DNA of 64,000 nt from an uncultured candidate division Zixibacteria bacterium. Lineage in GTDB: Bacteria > Zixibacteria > MSB-5A5 > GN15 > FEB-12. Position numbers and translations under genes: made by a program. How positions within the stretch are numbered: the stretch's first letter is position 1; the number at the start of each line of letters is the position of its first letter. Positions 50,207-61,601 of this stretch are shown here, in pieces. The notes under the pieces were generated by a model that was not told the origin of the DNA, ran no database searches, and saw only the letters and a program-made list of their open reading frames with translations. The stretch spans positions 64,001 through 128,000 of the forward strand of contig CAWDXE010000004.1 of NCBI GenBank assembly GCA_963806185.1, in the 5' to 3' direction.

Positions 50207-50857
50207 ATGTCACCGCTTTCCAAAATCACCACTGCCATCTCCGCTTCGGTCCTGATTCTGGCCGCCGCCGCCTTTGCCGGCGATGTCGCCACGACTACCG
50301 CCGAAACTCCGGCCTCGACTGCCGCAGTCGGCAAGAAAGCCCCCGACTTCACCCTCAAGGACACCGACGGCAACACGGTCGCCCTTAGTCAACTGCTCAA
50401 AGCGGGGAAGACCGTCGTCCTCCAGTGGTTCAGCCCCGGCTGTCCGTTTGTAGTTCGTCATTATGAGAAATATCCGACCTTCAACACGCTGTCTTCCGAG
50501 TTTGCCAAGAAGAACGTCGTCTTCATTGGCATCAACTCCGCCAACCCGAGCCACGCCTATTCACAGGGTACGGCCGAACGTCGGAAAGACTGGAAAATCC
50601 AATACCCGGTCCTGATCGATGCTGACGGTATGGTCGGCAAGCTTTATGGCGCCAAGACCACGCCGCATATGTTCATTATTGGCGCCGACGGTACGTTGCT
50701 GTACAACGGTGCGATTGACGATGACCCGCGCGATGAAAAACCGGCCGGCGAAAAAGTCAATTACATCCGTAAGGCGCTCAACGAAATTACCGCCGGCAAA
50801 CCGGTATCGGTTTCTGAAACTCAGCCGTACGGTTGCTCGGTGAAATACGCCCAATGA
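50207..50857 (+). CDS. Exported thioredoxin-like/redoxin (AhpC/TSA) protein
   Basis: GGAGG SD, signal peptide, APDFTLKD, PGCPFV, YGAKTTPHMF, YNGAIDD, YGCSVKY. Confidence 0.88.
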   Translation: MSPLSKITTAISASVLILAAAAFAGDVATTTAETPASTAAVGKKAPDFTLKDTDGNTVALSQLLKAGKTVVLQWFSPGCPFVVRHYEKYPTFNTLSSEFAKKNVVFIGINSANPSHAYSQGTAERRKDWKIQYPVLIDADGMVGKLYGAKTTPHMFIIGADGTLLYNGAIDDDPRDEKPAGEKVNYIRKALNEITAGKPVSVSETQPYGCSVKYAQ

Positions 50858-51726
50858 CCAGATTCTTCTGGGCGTGTCTGCTATTCGCCAACTCACTCTT
50901 CACCATAGTAGAGACCGCCTCCGGGTCCGATCTCGCATCGGACCCGGTCAAAGCGGAACTGATCTCGTCCGTTGATGCCGTCACACCCGGTCAACCGTTT
51001 TATGTCGGCGTGCGAATAAAAATACAGCCGCACTGGCATGTCTATTGGAAATTCTCGGGCGATGCCGGCCTGCCTACCCGCGTGATCTGGAAACTGCCTG
51101 ATGGCTGGACGGTCGGCCCGCTCGAATGGCCGCTCCCCGAACGGTTCATCGAAAAGGGACCTCTGACCACGTACGGCTATGCCGATTCGGTGATGCTGAC
51201 GGCCACGATCACTCCGCCCGCCAACGCTACCGGCACCGCGTCGCTCTACGCCAAAGTCGATTGGATGGTATGCGAGGAAGCCTGCATCCCCGGCCGGGCG
51301 ACTGTGGCCCTAAATCTTCCCGTGGGAAACGCCCTCGCGGCGAATTCGCCACCCTCGCGCGCGGCGAAACATTTCGAACGCTGGCGCCACCGGCTTCCTG
51401 CGATTGCTGCTGCGGACGAATGGTCGGTGGACGTGAAATCCCTGCCTGATTCCGACGAAAACAACGCCGTTCGCGTGACTTTCTCGATTAAGGGGACAAC
51501 TGCGAATGCCGGTCAGATCGTCGATTGGTTTCCTGCGGCGGCTAAGAATTTTGCGATCAAGAATCTGTCGGTGAAGAAATCTGACGGAATGCTGACTGCG
51601 GAATTTGTGTTCAAGTCATTTGCCGGTCCGATCAAGCCGGGGGAGAGGCTTGAATCACTGGTCATCTCTCAGGACGCCACAGGCACGCGCCGCGCCTCGA
51701 CCCTCATGATCACACTCAATCAATAA
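50854..51726 (+). CDS. DsbD N-terminal-domain protein
   Basis: WHVYWKFSGDAGLP..W.LP.G...WPLP...YGY...WMVCEEACIPG; no TM block follows. Confidence 0.8.
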   Translation: MTRFFWACLLFANSLFTIVETASGSDLASDPVKAELISSVDAVTPGQPFYVGVRIKIQPHWHVYWKFSGDAGLPTRVIWKLPDGWTVGPLEWPLPERFIEKGPLTTYGYADSVMLTATITPPANATGTASLYAKVDWMVCEEACIPGRATVALNLPVGNALAANSPPSRAAKHFERWRHRLPAIAAADEWSVDVKSLPDSDENNAVRVTFSIKGTTANAGQIVDWFPAAAKNFAIKNLSVKKSDGMLTAEFVFKSFAGPIKPGERLESLVISQDATGTRRASTLMITLNQ

Positions 51727-51739
51727 TCTCGCTGTCGCG

Positions 51740-52063
51740 ACGCGTCGGGCTGAGCGGAGTCGAAGCCCGATCAAGTGGATCCCCCCTGGCCGCAAGTTCC
51801 GCGGAAATGACCTCGGTGGGAACTCGTGTAAGAGTTGTTCACTGCTCTCTCGATCAAGTGATCGCGAGGCTCGTTTCGAGCCGTGGCGATCTTTCAGTTC
51901 TCTTCTGAAGGAAGAGGCCGTAGCAATCTTTCAGCTTGTAAGGGGATATCCAGTGGCTGGCGTACGTCCCGTGCGCCAGCCCAAGTGTGCCAGAGGACGC
52001 GGGTGTGACACTCAATCGTTCCACCATGTCCTGCGCCGCTTCTTAGCGGCGTGTGACCTGACG
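51740..52063. repeat. Intergenic mosaic of short palindromic repeats
   Basis: TCGGGC-TGAGCGGAGTCGAA-GCCCGA; GATCGC..GGCTCG-ttt-CGAGCC..GCGATC; GGCTGGCGTAC..GTGCGCCAGCC (copy at 62411); near-identical copy of the 2502-2537 REP at 52028. Confidence 0.7.
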
Positions 52064-52077
52064 GAAAGAGACCAACT

Positions 52078-53244
52078 CTACTTCGCCTTCAACGACGTCA
52101 CGATATTCATCCGCGACGCCCGCACCGCCGGCAGGAATCCCCCGACAATTCCCATGATTATCGAAAAAATAAGCGCCTGCATGGCTATGCCCGGTGATAT
52201 GGCGAACGAAAACGCGATCTCGGCAAACGTATCGAAATTAGTGGTCGAAATCTCCAGAAACTGAAGCAGTGATGCACTGGCTATTCCTGCTAATCCCCCC
52301 CCCACCGCCAGCGTCATCGCCTCGATCAAAAACGCCGTGAGAATCGCCCCCCGGCCGAAACCCAGCGCCCTGAGCGTCCCAATCTCCACCGTCCGGTTTG
52401 CCACCGCCGCATACATCGTGATCATCGCTCCCACAATCGCTCCCATGGAGAATACCAGCGACACGAACAACCCAAGAACGGTGATGAATGTCGTGAACGA
52501 CGATGATTGCCGACGATAATAATCCTTCTCCTCGTACACGTCGACGGTAAGCCGCCGGTCGCTTTCCAGTCTCTCCTTGAGCGCGGGGAAATCGGACGGG
52601 TCACGCAGCTTCAACGTGATCGACGAGTACACCGGACGTTCGAACGCCGCCATCATCTGGTCGATATCGCCCCAGACCTCCGATTCAAAGCCGGATCCGC
52701 CGCCGTCAAAGATACCCACAATCTCCCATTCGCGCTGGCCGAACTTGATTTTCGATCCCAGCTCCGCCCCGTAAAACGACTTGGGCAGTTGTTTGCCTGC
52801 AATGATCTCCGATGTTCCTGGACGCCACATTCGCCCTTCGATCAGTTTCACCTGTGGCCGCAGGGTCATTGATTCTCCGTTGACGCCGCGTACCGGCACA
52901 TTGGTCGGCTTGTCGCTCCCGCGCTTTACCAGATTGATGAGCACCAGAATCTCGCCCGTCACGAGCGACTTCCCGTCCGCCGACTTCGCGATGGCCGCAT
53001 CGGTTCTCGCGACGTCGAATTGGTCCCGGCCGACAATCGATACGACTTCGGTCGTCGCAGAACGACGCACGATTATGGCATTGTCCGGCTGGCCCGTCTC
53101 AACCAGCGTCTTTTGCAGCCCATACGCCAGCATCAGGACGGCGCAAAAAACAAATACCACCAGTGCGATACCCAAAAGCGTCAGCCCGGCCGTCAACTTG
53201 CGCGCGAATGTATTCTTGAAGGAGTATGTCAACAACTTGAACAT
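52078..53244 (-). CDS. ABC transporter permease (MacB/FtsX family)
   Basis: N-terminal TM, periplasmic domain, RTVEIGTLRALGF, GGFLPAVRA. Confidence 0.9.
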   Translation of the reverse strand: MFKLLTYSFKNTFARKLTAGLTLLGIALVVFVFCAVLMLAYGLQKTLVETGQPDNAIIVRRSATTEVVSIVGRDQFDVARTDAAIAKSADGKSLVTGEILVLINLVKRGSDKPTNVPVRGVNGESMTLRPQVKLIEGRMWRPGTSEIIAGKQLPKSFYGAELGSKIKFGQREWEIVGIFDGGGSGFESEVWGDIDQMMAAFERPVYSSITLKLRDPSDFPALKERLESDRRLTVDVYEEKDYYRRQSSSFTTFITVLGLFVSLVFSMGAIVGAMITMYAAVANRTVEIGTLRALGFGRGAILTAFLIEAMTLAVGGGLAGIASASLLQFLEISTTNFDTFAEIAFSFAISPGIAMQALIFSIIMGIVGGFLPAVRASRMNIVTSLKAK

Positions 53245-53251
53245 CCGTACC

Positions 53252-54405
53252 TCAATCAATCGTCCGCAGTCCGTCTACAATGGTCGTCCGCAGTGCCTTG
53301 AAGGTGGGGAAGATGGCCGCCAGAAGCCCGACCACCATTGCCGCAATCACCGCCAACACGATCGTCACCCCCTCGAAGGGAATGACCGGAAGAAAATTGG
53401 ACAGCGCACTGCGTAGAACGGGAATGGTCAGCGATGTCAGAATCAATCCCAATGCTCCGCCGAATGCCGCGATCAACACCGACTCGCCGAAAATCAGTCC
53501 GATCAGGTGCGGCGGCCGGAAACCAAGCGTCTTGAGCACGGCGTATTCATTCATCCGCTCGCGTGCGGTCATGGCCATCGTATTCGCCAGCACGAGCAGA
53601 ATGATGCCGATCACCAGAAACGACACGATCCGCAGGCCGAATATGATCGTCCCGGACATTTCGATAAAACTCAGCGTAAACGCTTCTTCGGTCTCGGTCT
53701 TGGTCTCCGCCAGCGAATTTGCAAACAAATTGTCGATCTGCTCGGAAATGGCGGCAGCCTGCGACGGATCGTCGATCTGTACGATCAACCATCCGACCCG
53801 ACCCGCCCGCCCGGGCATCTCTTCGCGCATCCGTTCATCGACCAAATCGAAACGGAAAAACCAGGTCGACTCGTCGGTGGTCTCCTTTGCGCCCGTGTAG
53901 ATGCCGCGAATCACAAAGTCCCAATCTCCGGGATAGATGTCGCCGACAATCCGCACCGGATCGCCGAGCTTCCACCCAAACCGGTCGGCCAGTCTTCGGC
54001 CGACAATGACGGCGTTTCGCTCCTTGAGGAAGATCTCCTTCTGATCGGCGGCACGATGAACTCCGGATACAGGTCGAGATATTTATCCTTGTCGATCGCG
54101 AACTTGGGGAAGAAATTCGTGGGATCGACATACTGCCCCCGAACCACTTGGCATAGGAGACACTGCTCACCCCCGCAATCTTCGAATCTTCTCGCGATAG
54201 GCGAGCGGGAGATCAAAGACGATCGACACGGCGTGACGGGTAATCAGTCGGTTCGGCGAGGCCGCTTCAGCCGACGATACCAGGCTCCAATGGCGGTGCG
54301 GATCACACAGAACGCCATCACGGCGATCGCCATCCCCAGGACGGTCAGCGCCGTCCGCAGGGGATGCCGACCCGCATTCTTGGTGATCAGCTTGAGGACT
54401 TTCAT
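53252..54405 (-). CDS. ABC transporter permease (MacB/FtsX family; several frameshifts)
   Basis: [21 protein letters not shown]...NRLITRHAVS...ERMNEYAVLKTLGF reconstructed across frames. Confidence 0.85.
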
Positions 54406-55082
54406 GCGGCGACCAGTTCTCCTTTGTCGAGACGCTGATCTTGTGAGCCTGCTCGGCCGCTCGCGGGTCGTGCGTGACCATGACGATCGTCTTTCCGAAT
54501 TCCTTGTTGAGCTGGCCCAGCAGGGCCATGATATCTTCGGCCGATTGCTTGTCCAGATCGCCGGTCGGTTCGTCGGCCAGAATCAGGTCCGGATCGGTCA
54601 CCAGGGCCCGGGCAATCGCCACGCGCTGTTCCTGACCGCCGGACAGCTGATTGGGATAGTGCTTCATGCGGTCGGCCAGTCCGACGACTTGAGCGCCGTT
54701 CGACCTGTTTCCGTCGTCCGCTTTCGATAACTTGGTGAGCAAGAGCGGCAGTTCGACATTCTCAAACGCGTTCAGCACCGGCATCAGATTGTAAAACTGA
54801 AACACAAACCCGATCGTCCGGCTCCGCCACGAGGCCAACTGTGCCTCGGAGAATCGCGAGATCTCCTCGCCGTTGATCGTAATCGTCCCCTCTGATGGCC
54901 GGTCGATTCCGGCCAGCAGATTCAGCAGCGTCGTCTTGCCCGATCCCGACGGTCCCATCAGGGCCAGAAACTCACCCCGGGGGATATGCAGAGAGATATT
55001 GTGCAGCACCGGAATTTCAAGCGTATCGCGCCAGTATGATTTGTATACCGCCTGCGTCTGGACGACCGTTTCTGTCGCCCAT
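54402..55082 (-). CDS. ABC transporter ATP-binding protein (MacB/LolD-like; frameshifts at the ends)
   Basis: [41 protein letters not shown]. Confidence 0.9.
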
Positions 55083-55096
55083 TGCGTTTTGTGTGC

Positions 55097-56293
55097 TCAT
55101 TGCGTCGTATCCACCTTTTGACCTGTAGTCATTTTGCCGGGAGGAGAGATCACGACCCGATCTCCCGCCTGCAATCCACCGATGATCTCTACCATCTTTC
55201 CCCCAAAATCACGACCGGTACGCAACGGCGTCATCACCACCTTCTCCCCGTCCAACCTAAACACCACCTGCGAACCCTCGCGATTCGTTATGGCGTCCCG
55301 CGACACCGCCAGCACCTGCGCTTGTGAACTCTGGCCGGCCGTTGTCCCCTGAGTGAAGAAGTTTACCCGTGCCGACATTTCCGGCAGCACCCGCGCGTCG
55401 ACCGAATCAAACGCCACCCGCACCAGTACGGTGGCCCGCGAACGATCGGCTGTAGGTACAATACTCTTGACGGCCCCCGGATATTTGACGTCGGGATAGG
55501 CGTCGAACACGATTTCCGTCCGCTGACCAACCTGCACTTTGTTGATATTCGATTCGGAGACGTCCGCTTCGACCTCCAGCGATGACATATCGGCCAGCGT
55601 GACTACCGATCCCTTCGACGATGCACACGAAGCGAATGGCGCCACCATTTCGCCGACATCGGCATTCTTGGTCAGCACGGTGCCGTCAAACGGCGCGCGT
55701 ATGATCGTATTCTCCAGATTCACTTCCGCCACGCGCACCTGCGCGGCCGCCGCGCGCACCGCAGCCTGCGCCGTCTGGTACGCCGTTTCAGCCGCTTCCA
55801 GCTCGGCGTCCGTAATCGATCCGGACTGGCGCAGCCCCTTAAAGCGCCGGTAGTTTCTTCCGGCGTTCAGCGAATCCAACTCCGCCGTCTGCAGATTCGC
55901 CTCCGCCAGCGCCAGATTTGCCTGAATATCCTTGTTGTCCAGCCGGGCGATCACTTGCCCTTCCTTGACAAAATCACCTTCCTCAAACCCGAGATACTCG
56001 AGCCGGCCGGTTCCTTTCGATGCGACTTCCGCTTTCCGCTGGGCCACGACATACCCGGTCGCGACCAGATCCGCCGCCGCCTCCGAACCCGTCAACATCG
56101 TCACCGACGTCACCCGAATCTTGGTGGCCGGGGAGACCCCCTCCCGAAGTGCAAAATACCCAACCGCCAGACCGACGAGAATCACAATTCCCGCGACCCA
56201 TTTCCATGCCCCGCTCTTCGGACGGTCATCGTATTTCTTGGTGCGATCAATGCGCATCTGTGATAAATCTATTTTGTGCGGATCATTTTCCAT
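55097..56293 (-). CDS. Membrane fusion (periplasmic adaptor) protein, MacA-like
   Basis: TM anchor, ATGYVVAQR, coiled coil, [20 protein letters not shown]; upstream TTGCCC-N17-TATACT. Confidence 0.92.
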   Translation of the reverse strand: MENDPHKIDLSQMRIDRTKKYDDRPKSGAWKWVAGIVILVGLAVGYFALREGVSPATKIRVTSVTMLTGSEAAADLVATGYVVAQRKAEVASKGTGRLEYLGFEEGDFVKEGQVIARLDNKDIQANLALAEANLQTAELDSLNAGRNYRRFKGLRQSGSITDAELEAAETAYQTAQAAVRAAAAQVRVAEVNLENTIIRAPFDGTVLTKNADVGEMVAPFASCASSKGSVVTLADMSSLEVEADVSESNINKVQVGQRTEIVFDAYPDVKYPGAVKSIVPTADRSRATVLVRVAFDSVDARVLPEMSARVNFFTQGTTAGQSSQAQVLAVSRDAITNREGSQVVFRLDGEKVVMTPLRTGRDFGGKMVEIIGGLQAGDRVVISPPGKMTTGQKVDTTQ

Positions 56294-56375
56294 ATGTCAG
56301 TTCCGTTTGATGTTGCCTGTCAGGATAACAGAAGTTCAGTCGAGTATAGAATCTATCTTCTCTCGGGGCAAGTGC

Positions 56376-56405
56376 AAAAAAAGCGCGACCAAACTTCGGC
56401 CGCGC
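56376..56405 (-). terminator. Terminator of suf operon
   Basis: Minus strand GCGCGGCC-GAAGTTT-GGTCGCGC then TTTTTTT. Confidence 0.8.
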
Positions 56406-56429
56406 CTTTGGCAATTTGTGATATCCGCG

Positions 56430-56741
56430 TTACCAAATGCCGAACTGATCCTTGGCCAAATCGGAACACATTTCCTTCGGATCCCACGGCGGATCCCAGA
56501 CCAGGATGACTTCCACCTTCGTTACGCCGGGCAATTCCTCCAGCTCGCGATGCACCATTGCGACCAGCATCTCGCCATACGGACAGGCCGGCGTCGTCAG
56601 AGTCATTTTGACCTTCACGACCCCCTCGTCGTTCACGTCCACGTCATATACCAGGCCGAGATCGACTATTCCGATCCGAATCTCCGGGTCGTGAATCGGC
56701 CGAATCGCCTCTATCAATTCCTGCTTTGTCGGTATCGCCAT
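56430..56741 (-). CDS. sufT: DUF59 Fe-S assembly protein (SufT)
   Basis: DPEIRIGIVDLGLVY, MTLTTPACP, VWDPPW. Confidence 0.9.
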   Translation of the reverse strand: MAIPTKQELIEAIRPIHDPEIRIGIVDLGLVYDVDVNDEGVVKVKMTLTTPACPYGEMLVAMVHRELEELPGVTKVEVILVWDPPWDPKEMCSDLAKDQFGIW

Positions 56742-56744
56742 CTG

Positions 56745-57221
56745 CTAATCCTGCAAATCTTCGGTGTTCACCGCCTTCGACGGTCCGCCGTTCTGGTAGT
56801 TCTTCAGTCCTTCGACCAGCGTCACCCAGGCCAGGAGAGCACACTTGATCCGTACCGGAAACTGCCGCACCCCCTTGAGGGCATCCAGATCGCCCAGATC
56901 GTCCGGTATCTCGACATCTTCGCCCTTGAGCATCTTCTTGACGACTTCGGCGATGCGCGTCACTTCTTCCAGTTTCTTCCCTTTGACTGTCTCCGCCAGC
57001 ATCGATCCGGACGCTACCGAAATGGCGCAACCTCGACAGTGGACGTGCACGTCCTTTACGATGTTTCCGTCTATCTCCACTTGAAGTTCAATTTCATCGC
57101 CGCACGACGGATTCTGTCCTTCCGACGCAATATCGGCGTGCTCCACCGGCTTCTTGCCGCGCGGCGATCGATAGTGATCGAGAATGATCTCCCGATACAT
57201 GTCATCAAGTTCGTTGCTCAT
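56745..57221 (-). CDS. sufU: SufU Fe-S assembly protein
   Basis: YREIILDHY, NPSCGD, GCAIS, RIKCALLAW. Confidence 0.93.
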   Translation of the reverse strand: MSNELDDMYREIILDHYRSPRGKKPVEHADIASEGQNPSCGDEIELQVEIDGNIVKDVHVHCRGCAISVASGSMLAETVKGKKLEEVTRIAEVVKKMLKGEDVEIPDDLGDLDALKGVRQFPVRIKCALLAWVTLVEGLKNYQNGGPSKAVNTEDLQD

Positions 57222-58496
57222 ACCCCGAAATACTTTCTCATTTCAATGAGCGCCGTGACGAGCGCGTCGATGTCGGCGCTGGTCGTTGTAGATGTACAGC
57301 GATGCCCGTCGCGGTGGCCACTTTGCCCAGCGTGCGCATCAGCGGCTGACAGCAGTGATGCCCGGCTCGTATGGCGATCCCCTTCGAATCGAGAAAGGTG
57401 CTATATCGTGCGGATGAATGTCGGGATCGGTGAACGAAATCGCCCCGCCGCGCGTCTCGGCTTCCTGCGGACCCTGAATTTCGATACTCTTCAGTGCGGC
57501 CAGCTGCTCGAGCGCATAAGCTGGTCAATTCCATTTCATGTCGGCGGATAACGTCCATGCCGATGTCTTCCAGATAGTGCAGGGCGGCGTCGAACGCGAC
57601 CACGTCGGCGATATTCGGCGTGCCCGCCTCAAATTTGTGCGGCAGGTCGTTCCAGGTGATCCGATCGAAACCGGACCTCGCGGATCATCTCGCCGCCGAA
57701 TTGAATGGCGGCATCGCTTCGAGCAACGCTTTGCGGCCGTACAGAACGCCGACACCGGTCGGGCCGAGCATTTTGTGCGACGAAAAGGCGTAGAAATCGA
57801 CGCCAGTGCTCTTCACATCGATCGCCATGTGCGGCGAGGCCTGAGCGCCATCGATCAGCGCCAACGCGCCGACTCCGTGCGCCTTGCGGACGATCTCCTC
57901 AACCGGATTGATCGTTCCGAGCACGTTGGACACATGGCTGATCGCCACCAGCTTTGTCTTGGACGTAATGATGTTGTCGATATCACTCAGATCGAGATGG
58001 CCGCAGACGGTGATCGGAATTCGCTTGAGAATCGCCCCCTTGCGTTGACAAAGCATCACCCACGGGACAAGATTGGCGTGATGCTCCATTTCGGAAATCA
58101 CGATCTCGTCACCCTCGTGGATATTCACCTCGCCCCAGGTATAGGCCACCAGGTTGATGATTCGGTCGCTCCGCGCGTGAAGATGACCTCTTCCGGCGAC
58201 ACACCGCCGATAAATGCGGGCGACATGCTCGCGCGTGTGCTCGTACCCCGTCGTCGCCCGTTCGGCGAGCGTATGCAGGCCGCGATGGATGTTGGCATTT
58301 GATTTTCGGTAGTAATCGATCAGGGCGTTGATAACGACGCGCGGTTTCTGCGAGGTGGCCGCACTATCCAGATAGACCAGCCGATTGCCGTGGATCCGCT
58401 CGGCCAGGATCGGGAAATCTGCTTTTATTCTCTCAACGTCCAGTTGCTGCGTCGAACTGGTCCAACGTCAACCGGACGGGGTACTTGATTCGACAT
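57218..58496 (-). CDS. sufS: Cysteine desulfurase SufS (multiple frameshifts)
   Basis: DFPIL..VYLDSAATSQKP, EHHANLVPW, DGAQ, SSHKMLGPTG, RAGHHCCQP across frames. Confidence 0.9.
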
Positions 58497-58522
58497 ATCG
58501 TATTCCAGAACCCGGTGCCCGA

Positions 58523-58840
58523 TTAATCATCGAGCCACACGAAAACATCGTTTCCTTCAATCTTCACCTCAAACGTGTCAATCGGCACAATCGCCGGCGG
58601 CGCGGTCACCGCCCCCGATCGCAAATCGAACCGCGCGCCATGCCGCGTGCACATGATCTCATGTCCATTGCGAATCCGCCCGGTTGCGATCGGCTCTCCG
58701 TCATGCGTGCACTCGTCGGCCACCGCAAAAAAACCCTCCGGCGTATGCGCGACGACAAACCGACTGTGCCCGACTTCAAATGCCTTCAGCTGTCCTTCCG
58801 GTATATCAGCTCGTCGGCAGACCCTCACAAACTCGGCCAT
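58523..58840 (-). CDS. Rieske-type ferredoxin
   Basis: CTH...CTRHGARFD. Confidence 0.92.
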   Translation of the reverse strand: MAEFVRVCRRADIPEGQLKAFEVGHSRFVVAHTPEGFFAVADECTHDGEPIATGRIRNGHEIMCTRHGARFDLRSGAVTAPPAIVPIDTFEVKIEGNDVFVWLDD

Positions 58841-58841
58841 G

Positions 58842-60153
58842 CTAGATCGCCTCCAGCCGTTCGGCCACCGACTGTCTGATCCGTTCCTGGATGTCCTCCG
58901 GCAGCTGCGTCAGGGTCTTTTCGACAAACCCCCCGACGACCATCCGTATCGCGTCGCGTTCCTCGATCCCCCGGCTCTTCAGGTAGAAGATCGACATCGG
59001 ATCAATCGGTCCCACCGTCGCGCCGTGGGTGCACGAGACGTCTTCGTTAAGGATTTCCAGTTCCGGGATCGTCTCGGCCTTGGTCCCCGGCGTGAGGAGG
59101 AGGTTGCGATTCTCCTGATAGGCCTGACAGTTCCTGGCATGCCGGTCGATCCGAATCAGTCCGGTGTAGGCCGACATCGTCTTGTCCTTGAGAACCACCT
59201 TGAAATCGATATTCGAGGTCGTGTTGCCGCTGGCATGGTGATGCAGCGTGTGATTGTCAAAATGCTGGTGACCGGCGCCAAAGAGCAGGCCGAACATTTT
59301 GCTGTGCGCCCCGGCGCCGTTCATCATGACGCCGAAATTCTGCTTCGACAGCGCCGCACCGAACGCCAGCGGAATCGTCAGCATCTGCGCCCCTGCTCGA
59401 TCTGCGCCCGGTGCGTCAGATAGGAGTTCATGCCGGTCGTCTGGCGCTGCAGGGAGACATACTTGCACCCGGCTGTCCTGCTGGCCGAAAATCTCCACCA
59501 CACCGTTCGAGTACGCGATACCGTCGCCACTGACCGAGCCACCGCCGTATTCGTCGACAATCGTCACGTCCGCATTCTCTCCGACTACGACCAGCAATCG
59601 GGGAAACTGCGCCGATCCCGCCTGCCCGGCCTCGCGAAGCAGATGAATCGGTTGCTCGAGCGTGACTCCTTTCGGGACATAGATGAATATGCCGTCCTGC
59701 CACAGTGCGCCGTTCATCGCCTCAAACTTGCCGGTTTGGCTGTTGATGAGATGATACAGATGCGGCTCAACCAATTGCGTATATTTCGTCACCGCGTCCG
59801 ATAGCGGTGCCACGATAATCTTGTGCTTCGCAATCGCCGGCCCGCTGTAAATGGTGACCTTCTGCCCACCCAGATCGCTCACCAGAGCAGGCCAGATGCC
59901 CTCGTCGACGTGCTTCCGCTCCGAGCTGTTCGATCGCCTGATAGTTCGTACCGAAATCGCCGTGCTGCGTGCCTTGGCGTCCGACCAGGAACTTGGCCGG
60001 ATCGGTATACCGCCAGAGATGCAGCCCGCGCTGGGGGAGAGGGGTCGTATTGTAATTGTCCCGCGAATGCTTCCGCTGCTCGCGCAGCCAGTCCGGCCCG
60101 TTGTTCAACGACGCCAGTTCGGGGAGCATATCTTCACCTTTGCTCGTGCTCAT
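58842..60153 (-). CDS. sufD: Fe-S assembly protein SufD (frameshifts)
   Basis: WRYTD, DGIFIYVP, QENRNLLL, PELEILNEDVSCTHGATVG, FYLKSRGI. Confidence 0.9.
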
Positions 60154-60156
60154 GCC

Positions 60157-61595
60157 TTATCCTACCGATCCTTCCATTTCAAGTTGAATCAGACGATTCA
60201 GTTCCACCGCGTATTCCAGCGGCAGTTCCTTGGTAAACGGCTCCATGAAGCCGTTGACGATCAAGCAGCCGGGCGTCGTCTTCGGTCAGGCCGCGGCTGG
60301 TGAGGTAGAAGAGCTGTTCTTCGGCCACTTTCGATACGCGCGCTTCATGTTCGACCGACACCTTGTCGGCGTCGATTTCCATCGTCGGATAGGTGTCGCT
60401 TCGGGCTTCTTCGCCGATCAGACAGCGCGTCGCACTCGACCGAGATCTTCGAATTGATCGCGTTCTTGTGAATCTTCGCCAGACCACGATACGAGGCCCG
60501 GCCGTTGTCTTTCGAAATCGACTTGGAGGTGATCCGCGACGAGGTATTCGGCGCGGCGTGAATCACCTTGGCGCCGGCGTCCTGATGCTGGTCATGTCCG
60601 GCAAATGCGACCGAGAGGATTTCTCCCCGGGCGCCTTCGCCGACCAGTTGAATGCACGGATACTTCATGGTCAGGCGTGAACCGAGATTGCCGTCGACCC
60701 ATTCGACCGTCGCATTCTTGTAGGCAGTTCGCCCGCTTGGTCACCAGATTGTAGATATTCCGCGACCAGTTCTGAATGGTCGTGTAACGAATGTAGGAAC
60801 CCTCCATCGCGATCAGTTCCACCACCGCCGAGTGCAGCGAATCGGTGGAGTAGACCGGCGCCGTGCACCCTTCGATATAGTGCACGCGCGAGCCCTTGTC
60901 GGCGATAATCAGCGTCCGCTCGAACTGCCCCATGTTTTCCGCGTTGATGCGGAAATACGCCTGGAGCGGGACGGTGACGTTGACACCCTCCGGTACGTAG
61001 ATGAACGATCCGCCCGACCAGACCGCCGTATTCAGCGCGGCGAATTTGTTGTCGGTCGACGGAATCACCGAGCCGAAGATACTTCTTGACGATCTCCGGG
61101 TACTCGCGAAGACCGCTGTCCATATCGAGAAATATGATCCCCTGCTTCTTCAGATCTTCGCTCATCGAGTGATAGACGACTTCGGACTCGTACTGCGCCG
61201 AGACGCCGCCGAGAAAGATCTTCTCTGCCTCGGGAATGCCGAGGCGATCAAACGTCTTCTTGATATATTCCGGGACATCGTCCCAGCTCGTCTGCTGGTT
61301 TTCGATCGGCTTCATGAAGTAGTAGATATTGTCGAAATCGATTTCGCCGAGCAGTTCGGTGTTGCCCCATTTGGGCATCGGCTTCGCATAGAAATATGTC
61401 GAGAGCTTCGTGGCGGATTTCCGTCATCCACTCCGGCTCCTTTTTCATCTGGGAGATCATCTCAACCACTTCGTGGCTGAGTCCCTTGGCCCCTTTGTGG
61501 AAATAGTCGACCGGATCATGAAACCCGTACTTGGTCGCGTAATCCTGGTTCAGGGTCGACAGGTCCTGCTTTTGCTGTTGTATGCTGTCGGACAT
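60157..61595 (-). CDS. sufB: Fe-S assembly protein SufB (multiple frameshifts)
   Basis: [53 protein letters not shown] end. Confidence 0.92.
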
Positions 61596-61601
61596 GATTC
61601 T

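Noticed and set aside
39349..51726. Selenoproteins (in-frame UGA) near selAB
   Set aside because: The ORF breaks I examined are frameshifts rather than in-frame TGA at Cys positions; the redoxin has an ordinary Cys
55932..57551. 539-aa plus-strand ORF and other long antisense ORFs (for example 16855-17955, 29265-30512, 53507-54730, 61788-62909)
   Set aside because: Shadow ORFs opposite well-supported genes in GC-rich DNA; no recognisable motifs
57218..61595. suf genes as pseudogenes or programmed frameshifts
   Set aside because: Shifts are scattered in both directions with motifs otherwise conserved; sequencing error is more parsimonious
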